DNA from: an uncultured Chloroflexia bacterium
GTDB lineage: Bacteria > Chloroflexota > Anaerolineae > Anaerolineales > Anaerolineaceae
Length of the DNA stretch: 64,000 nucleotides
NCBI GenBank assembly: GCA_963749005.1
Contig: CAVVKI010000003.1
Coordinates: 5,533-69,532, forward strand
Direction: 5' to 3'
The position numbers and the translations under genes are program-made. Positions within the stretch are counted from its first letter, which is position 1, and the number at the start of each line of letters is the position of its first letter. Shown in pieces: positions 58,108-64,000 of this stretch. The notes beneath the pieces were generated by a model that worked only from the letters and a program-made list of their open reading frames with translations, did no database searches and was not told the DNA's origin.

Positions 58108-59058
58108 ATGGTTGTTTTATATATAATAATTGCAGTTGTTGTCATAGGAGCCATATTTCTCACAGTTATTGGTTTGCGTAATCCTGGCGCTTCAGATGAT
58201 CGTCTACTGGAATCTCGTTTGGAGGAACTTAACCAATCTGAAGAGCCTGTAACACTTAGAAAGTTGGAACTATCGCAACCCTTCCGTGATCGTGTTATTT
58301 TCCCTGTAGCACAAAAATTTGGCGATCTTGCCATCCGCTTTACACCTCAAAATGCACGCCAATCGATAGAGAAGAAATTGGAACTTGCCGGAGCATCTTC
58401 AAAGATGGATCCGACCATAATTCTTTTCTTGCAATTCATTGGTATGGTCTTTTTTGGTGGTGTCGTGATGTTTGTTCTTTCTATCGGGTCACTCGACTGG
58501 CCCTTTGGGCGTAAATTGATTGTCGCATTCGTATTTGGCTTGATTGGCTTCTATTTCCCGAACCTGATGCTATCTTCACAAATTTCTCGCAGGCAAAAAG
58601 AAATACGGAAAGCAATGCCCGATGCGCTGGATCTTCTCACAATTTGCGTAGAGGCAGGTTTGGGATTTGACGCCGCCATGGCAAAAGTAAGTGAAAAATG
58701 GGAAACCCAACTTTCCATGGCATTCGCGCGTGTAATTCAGGAAATTCAATTGGGAAAAGTCCGCAAAGAAGCCTTGCGTGATATGGCTGATCGCATTGGC
58801 TTATCAGAAATGACCAGCTTTGTTGCAGCTGTAATCCAAAGCGAGCAATTAGGAGTCAGTTTATCAAAGGTTCTTCGTATCCAGGCAGATCAGATGAGAA
58901 TTCGCAGACGCCAATATGCAGAAGAAGAAGCCCACAAAGCACCAATTAAGATGTTAATCCCAATGGCTGGGCTTATCTTCCCATCTTTAATGATTGTTCT
59001 GCTAACACCGGCAGGCCTACGATTATTCCACTCTGCCCTGGGGGGAATGTTCAACTAA
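58108..59058 (+). CDS. tadC: Type II secretion system F family protein TadC
   Basis: 316 aa. T2SSF domain (MPDALDLLTICVEAGLGFDAA) flanked by TM helices. Confidence 0.85.
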   Translation: MVVLYIIIAVVVIGAIFLTVIGLRNPGASDDRLLESRLEELNQSEEPVTLRKLELSQPFRDRVIFPVAQKFGDLAIRFTPQNARQSIEKKLELAGASSKMDPTIILFLQFIGMVFFGGVVMFVLSIGSLDWPFGRKLIVAFVFGLIGFYFPNLMLSSQISRRQKEIRKAMPDALDLLTICVEAGLGFDAAMAKVSEKWETQLSMAFARVIQEIQLGKVRKEALRDMADRIGLSEMTSFVAAVIQSEQLGVSLSKVLRIQADQMRIRRRQYAEEEAHKAPIKMLIPMAGLIFPSLMIVLLTPAGLRLFHSALGGMFN

Positions 59059-59071
59059 ATAATCCTTCGGA

Positions 59072-59866
59072 GTGTTCATGTCTAACCAGGGGATTAACAA
59101 ACGTCCATTCTCCGCAGATGCATACCATTTATTTTGGGAATGTGTTGACTTGTTTATTCCCAGCCGTTGTGGAGGCTGCAATGAACTTGGATATCGTTGG
59201 TGCCAACAATGTAGTGAAAAGGTAAAACCGGTATCGGGGCCGATATGTCTTCGTTGCGGCGAACCTATAACAAATCCTACTTCATCAGAACCCTGCCATT
59301 GCGCCAGCTTCCTCACGGATATCGACCAGATCCGTTCGTTTGGCAAATACGAAGACCCTCTGTCGACTGCGATTCATAAACTCAAATATCAACGGGATAT
59401 CGGCATTGCGGAATCACTGGCAATATATCTTGTGAAATTGTACAATTCTATTGATTGTGAGGCTGATATGATCATCCCGGTGCCGCTTAATAAAATGCGT
59501 TACCAGGAACGTGGATACAATCAGGCTTTATTACTCGCCATGCCTTTTTCCTATACAATTGGACGTCCAATGAAAACGCATGCTCTCAAACGCATACAAA
59601 ATACTCGTTCACAAGTAGGCCTCAGTCGCATTGAACGCAGCGCCAATGTTCAAGATGCATTTTCAGCGGACGAAAAAACAGTAAAAGGAAAGGTTATTTT
59701 CTTGATCGATGACGTTTCTACTACAGGTTCTACAATGGATGCCTGTGCAAAAGCTTTGAAAAAAGAAGGAGCTAAATATATAGTAGGATTAACACTGGCA
59801 CGTGCTTTTAAGACTCATAACGGTTATAGTGATTTGATTCCAATTCAAGAATTTAGGCAAACATAG
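59072..59866 (+). CDS. comFC: ComF family protein (phosphoribosyltransferase domain, ComFC-like)
   Basis: N-terminal CGGC…CQQC…CLRCG zinc-finger cysteines, and the PRTase motif FLIDDVSTTGST. Confidence 0.8.
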   Translation: MFMSNQGINKRPFSADAYHLFWECVDLFIPSRCGGCNELGYRWCQQCSEKVKPVSGPICLRCGEPITNPTSSEPCHCASFLTDIDQIRSFGKYEDPLSTAIHKLKYQRDIGIAESLAIYLVKLYNSIDCEADMIIPVPLNKMRYQERGYNQALLLAMPFSYTIGRPMKTHALKRIQNTRSQVGLSRIERSANVQDAFSADEKTVKGKVIFLIDDVSTTGSTMDACAKALKKEGAKYIVGLTLARAFKTHNGYSDLIPIQEFRQT

Positions 59867-59882
59867 ACTAGAGGAGGTAATT

Positions 59883-60446
59883 ATGGCAGTCAAAGTTGAT
59901 ATCTTCGCAAAAAATTTAAAGGTTACAGAGCGTATAGAAGAATACCTTAATAAAAAAATTACCAAACTTTACCGTTATTTGAATGATATTGAAGAAACAA
60001 GGGTAGATCTCACTTACACCAAATCTGCGCGCAACGCAGCCGATCGTCAGGTTGCTCAAATCACGATCAGGGGACGGGGCTACATACTCCGGACTGAAGA
60101 AAGAGCTGAGGATATTTTCGCTGCAATTGATGAAGCAATTGAAAAAATGCAACGGCAAATTTCGCGCTTGAAGGGAAAACGAGAAAGAGGACGAGGTGAT
60201 GGAACTCCATTATCTGATTTAGCTGCAGAATTGCCCGAACTCGATGAAACGGAAGAACAATCCGAAATTGCACGTAGAAAAACTTTTACACTGATACCGA
60301 TGGATGAATATGAAGCTATGGAACAGATGAAATTACTCGGTCATGAAAACTTTTTCGTTTTCTTTGATATGAATTCCCAAAGTGTCAATGTTCTTTACCG
60401 TCGCCGTGATGGTGGATATGGCATTATCGAACCTAAGTTGGGCTAA
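59883..60446 (+). CDS. hpf: Ribosome hibernation-promoting factor, long form
   Basis: 187 aa. RaiA/S30AE N-domain, and a C-terminal dimerisation domain (EAMEQMKLLGHENFFVFFD…NVLYRRRDGGYGIIEP). Confidence 0.9.
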   Translation: MAVKVDIFAKNLKVTERIEEYLNKKITKLYRYLNDIEETRVDLTYTKSARNAADRQVAQITIRGRGYILRTEERAEDIFAAIDEAIEKMQRQISRLKGKRERGRGDGTPLSDLAAELPELDETEEQSEIARRKTFTLIPMDEYEAMEQMKLLGHENFFVFFDMNSQSVNVLYRRRDGGYGIIEPKLG

Positions 60447-60464
60447 TTCATTATGAGTGCATAG

Positions 60465-60496
60465 ACGGGGCAACCAGGATTGCCCCGTTTTGTTTT
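60465..60496 (+). terminator. Intrinsic terminator after hpf
   Basis: ACGGGGCAA-CCAGGA-TTGCCCCGT followed by TTTGTTTT. Confidence 0.75.
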
Positions 60497-60855
60497 AATC
60501 AATGTGCAATTTTAGTTTTGAGGTTTATCCAGGATATACGATAACAAAAAGTATTTCTCTAAGAAGAAAACCATATTTTAAGATTGTAAACGGATTATTA
60601 ATCCTAACAAATATTGGTCGATGGCGAAACCAATAAATAAATTTATTAGCTAAATTCTAAAAAATCTTGTGTCTCCAATCCCCTTCACATCCAATCCCAA
60701 ACCGTCAATCCCCTAAAAATCGGAGGTACTTTTCAAGTGATACTTTTAAATCACGCACGCCATTGGCGCAACTGCACTTTCATTGATTTTATTCTTTTTA
60801 GAGCACGCAAACAAAAAATGTAATTGGCGGAAATTCCCCACATCGATCGTGCGCC

Positions 60856-60884
60856 TTGTCACGCTTAAGACCATACGCTATAAT
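60856..60884 (+). promoter_or_regulatory. Promoter for efp (TTGTCA, 17-nt spacer, TATAAT)
   Basis: TTGTCA at 60856-60861 and TATAAT at 60879-60884 with an exact 17-nt spacer, 35 nt before the efp ATG. Confidence 0.6.
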
Positions 60885-60918
60885 TGGCCTGTTAAAAATC
60901 AAGGAAAAAGGTGCATAA

Positions 60919-61479
60919 ATGATTGATGTTAATGAATTACGTAAAGGTGTGACCTTTGAATTCGATGGGAACTTATTCAAAGTTGTTGAATATAGCCACA
61001 ATAAACCCGGACGCGGTGGGGCGACCATTCGTATTAAAGCAAAGAATTTAATTACCGGTTCTAATATTGAAAAGACTTTCAATTCAGGTGAAAGAGTTCA
61101 GGATGTGCGCCTGGATTATCATAATGCTTCATACCTCTACACTGATGGGGATTTCTTCTATTTTATGGACAATGAGACCTTTGAACAATATCCATTAAAA
61201 GGGGAGATACTGGGAGATTCTGTCAATTTTCTTAAAGAAAATATGGAAGTGAAGATCACTTTTTATAACGCTCTGGCAATTGATATTGAACTCCCAACTT
61301 CAGTGGAACTGGAAGTTACCTGGGCTGAACTGGCAATTCGTGGTGATACAGCGTCCGCGCAGACCAAAAAAGTTAAAGTCGAGACTGGCGCTGAAGTGAA
61401 CACCCCCTATTTTATCGAAACTGGTGACATCATACGAGTAGATACACGTACGGGTGATTATCTTACCCGTGTTTCGTAG
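60919..61479 (+). CDS. efp: Elongation factor P (Arg at the loop tip: KPGRGGA)
   Basis: 186 aa. MIDVNELRKG…VVEYSHNKPGRGGATIRIKAKNLITG, with three OB/KOW-like domains. Confidence 0.95.
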   Translation: MIDVNELRKGVTFEFDGNLFKVVEYSHNKPGRGGATIRIKAKNLITGSNIEKTFNSGERVQDVRLDYHNASYLYTDGDFFYFMDNETFEQYPLKGEILGDSVNFLKENMEVKITFYNALAIDIELPTSVELEVTWAELAIRGDTASAQTKKVKVETGAEVNTPYFIETGDIIRVDTRTGDYLTRVS

Positions 61480-61484
61480 ATAAA

Positions 61485-61817
61485 ATGCAAACCCCTTACG
61501 GAAAAGAATGCCGTTATTTTTATGGCGATTATTTTCGTGGACGCCACCATGAAGAGTGCCGCTTATTGGAACCTGCTGTTTCTTCCTCACAATGGAACAG
61601 TAAACTCTGTAAGAATTGCCCTGTTCCTGGCATCCTGCGCGCTAACGCATGTGAAAACATGGTCTTGAAAGGTCAAATCAATTCAGGGTTATTGGGGATA
61701 GGAAAATCTATGAAAATCAGTGCCTATTGTATCAAAAGTGAAAAGGTAGTTACGGAACCACATATTGGCTGTGGGCTATGTCATCCATTAAATGACATTG
61801 TTATGATTGATAAATGA
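61485..61817 (+). CDS. Cys-rich hypothetical protein (8 Cys, CxxC pairs)
   Basis: 110 aa. It starts 5 nt after the efp stop, and its stop overlaps the next start (ATGA). CKNC and CGLC pairs plus 4 more Cys. No family recognised. Confidence 0.55.
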   Translation: MQTPYGKECRYFYGDYFRGRHHEECRLLEPAVSSSQWNSKLCKNCPVPGILRANACENMVLKGQINSGLLGIGKSMKISAYCIKSEKVVTEPHIGCGLCHPLNDIVMIDK

Positions 61818-63031
61818 CTGCTACACTTTTATTTGATTTAGATGATACTTTGCTTCAAAACGCAATGAGTTCATTCCTGCCCGTTTATCTGGGTGGACTG
61901 AGTGATCATTTAGGATCTTTCCAACTGGGTATTGATATCAAGCAAGCTGTTTTGGAAGGTACCGAATATATGATCCGAAATACAGATCCTTCCATAACGT
62001 TAGAGGAAAGTTTTGACACTCACTTTTATCCACGTTTGGGGCTGGGGAAAAAAGATCTACAAAAGGATATTAACCATTTTTATCAAAACATTTTTCCAGA
62101 ATTTGCATTTATTACAAATCCAATTCCCGCAGCGCAATCCAAATTTGCCATTCTAGCGAAAAATGACGTAAATCTTGTGATTGCCACCAACCCATTATTT
62201 CCACTTCCCGCTGTTTTGCACCGCCTACAATGGGCAAATCTGGGCGTGAATCCAGATCGCTTTTCATTAATAACAAGTTACGAGCAATTTCACTTTGCCA
62301 AACCCAACCCGGCTTATTTTGCAGAGATCTTAGCTTATCTCGGTTGGCCTGAAGGATCAATTGCAATGATTGGCAACGATTGGGAAATGGATATTTTGCC
62401 AGCGGAAACAATTGGCATACCCACATTCTTTCTGGGTACTCCACCAATGGCTGATTTGTCTTCCCGACACCGACTTAGCAGCCACGGTAGTTGGAAAGAA
62501 TTAGATAACTGGATTGATGAACGAATATCTACAGAAGATTCTTTTGACCTTAAACGCTCAAAACCGGCTATCACAGCAGTCCTTTCAGCAACAGCCGCCT
62601 ATTTAGATTCCCTCAGACGCCAGTTCGATGAAATAAATTTTTGGAATACACGCCCGAAACCTGACGAATGGAGCCTGGTTGAAATCATTTCGCATATTGC
62701 AGACGTGGATGCAGAAGTAAACCTTCCGCGATTAAGAATTTTAGAAGATCAGGCTTTCCCTTTCTTCTCAGCAATTGAAACGGATCAGTGGGCTCAGGAA
62801 CGGGGTTACATCGAAAATGATGCCTGCGAACAAATTGAAAAATTTATAACGAATCGCAAAATACTGATCAATGAATTTTCAAACCTTACTGAAAAAGAGA
62901 TGGCTAAGCCAATTCAGCATGCGATCTTTGGACCAACCTCAGTTTTGGAAATATTTAAGTTCATTGCCCAACATGATCGTATTCATATTAATCAGATTTC
63001 CAAGGTAATCTCTTCCCAACGTCTGAAATAA
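61814..63031 (+). CDS. HAD-like hydrolase fused to a DinB/YfiT-like four-helix-bundle metal-binding domain
   Basis: N-terminus LLFDLDDTLL (HAD motif I), ATNP and IGNDWEMD (motif IV-like). The C-terminal 150 aa have WSLVEIISHIADVD … HDRIHINQI, matching the DinB_2 His triad pattern. Confidence 0.7.
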   Translation: MTATLLFDLDDTLLQNAMSSFLPVYLGGLSDHLGSFQLGIDIKQAVLEGTEYMIRNTDPSITLEESFDTHFYPRLGLGKKDLQKDINHFYQNIFPEFAFITNPIPAAQSKFAILAKNDVNLVIATNPLFPLPAVLHRLQWANLGVNPDRFSLITSYEQFHFAKPNPAYFAEILAYLGWPEGSIAMIGNDWEMDILPAETIGIPTFFLGTPPMADLSSRHRLSSHGSWKELDNWIDERISTEDSFDLKRSKPAITAVLSATAAYLDSLRRQFDEINFWNTRPKPDEWSLVEIISHIADVDAEVNLPRLRILEDQAFPFFSAIETDQWAQERGYIENDACEQIEKFITNRKILINEFSNLTEKEMAKPIQHAIFGPTSVLEIFKFIAQHDRIHINQISKVISSQRLK

Positions 63032-63266
63032 GCAGAAAAGCAAATAGTAAAACAAAAAATTCTTGTTTTATCTCCAAAATTTCCCACGTAATACATGGAG
63101 CGCGAAATCGTTCAATTTTCGTGGACCATTTCGCTAAAAGTAGCCAGGCAACTTACTCACCGTGACTATCATTTCTACACTAAAACATCTTTTGACAAGG
63201 CAATATAAGAAATACATTAGATTACCTGTTATTGTTGTTCAAAAACTAGTCCACCTAGATATAGAT

Positions 63267-63275
63267 TGGTATAAT
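63267..63275 (+). promoter_or_regulatory. Extended -10 element TGGTATAAT upstream of ftsH
   Basis: Read directly, about 50 nt before the GTG start. Confidence 0.4.
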
Positions 63276-63288
63276 TCCAACCAGTTAA

Positions 63289-64000
<712 letters not shown>

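Overview
Gene-dense chromosomal window with moderate-to-low GC. I recognised no rRNA, CRISPR array, transposase, integrase or prophage genes. All calls come from reading motifs in the supplied translations and the raw sequence; no homology search was run.

Layout:
- 1-1800: end of an N-heterocycle catabolic cluster, with a molybdo-hydroxylase 2Fe-2S subunit and a CodA-like amidohydrolase.
- 1900-5000: tRNA-Met, a small ORF missing from the ORF track, a decayed surface-protein gene, tRNA-Gly, and tRNA-His next to hisS.
- 5400-24600: a roughly 19-kb hydrogenase supercluster. It runs DRTGG/CBS-HATPase/DRTGG/PHP sensory genes, a NuoE-HATPase-Fdx-NuoF cassette, a second NuoE/NuoF pair, a long NuoG-like subunit, [NiFe] HoxY/HoxH, HoxW, a cNMP-binding protein, then hypA-B-F-C-D-E.
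- 24700-26200: a methyltransferase and a PIG-L deacetylase.
- 26400-33600: sufCBD-orf95-sufS-sufU-Rieske, divergent from sufR and a DUF59 gene, with a palindromic operator between them.
- 33600-38000: SCP2, methyltransferase, a membrane protein, a large HAD-like protein and a serine-palmitoyltransferase-like alpha-oxoamine synthase.
- 38100-44340: sugar and pentose-phosphate genes (ROK kinase, tal-pgi fusion, rpiB, and a transketolase broken by one frameshift).
- 44470-50650: tlpA, an lgt-like gene, GGPP synthase, IDI-2, ACP and sucCD.
- 50800-52450: an SPFH-HTH fusion with a partner gene.
- 52750-59060: a monoderm-type Tad/Flp pilus locus.
- 59070-64000: comFC, hpf, efp with two coupled unknown genes, and the 5' part of ftsH.

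The most unusual feature is the hydrogenase locus. It has an [FeFe]-hydrogenase-style sensory and flavoprotein cassette but no HydA, and it is wired to a [NiFe] Hox-type catalytic module with a duplicated NuoEF and a NuoG-sized HoxU.

The gene content is compatible with a Chloroflexota/Anaerolineae-like anaerobe: SufR, a secretin-less Tad locus, IDI-2, a tal-pgi fusion and leaderless-looking starts. That assignment is inference only.
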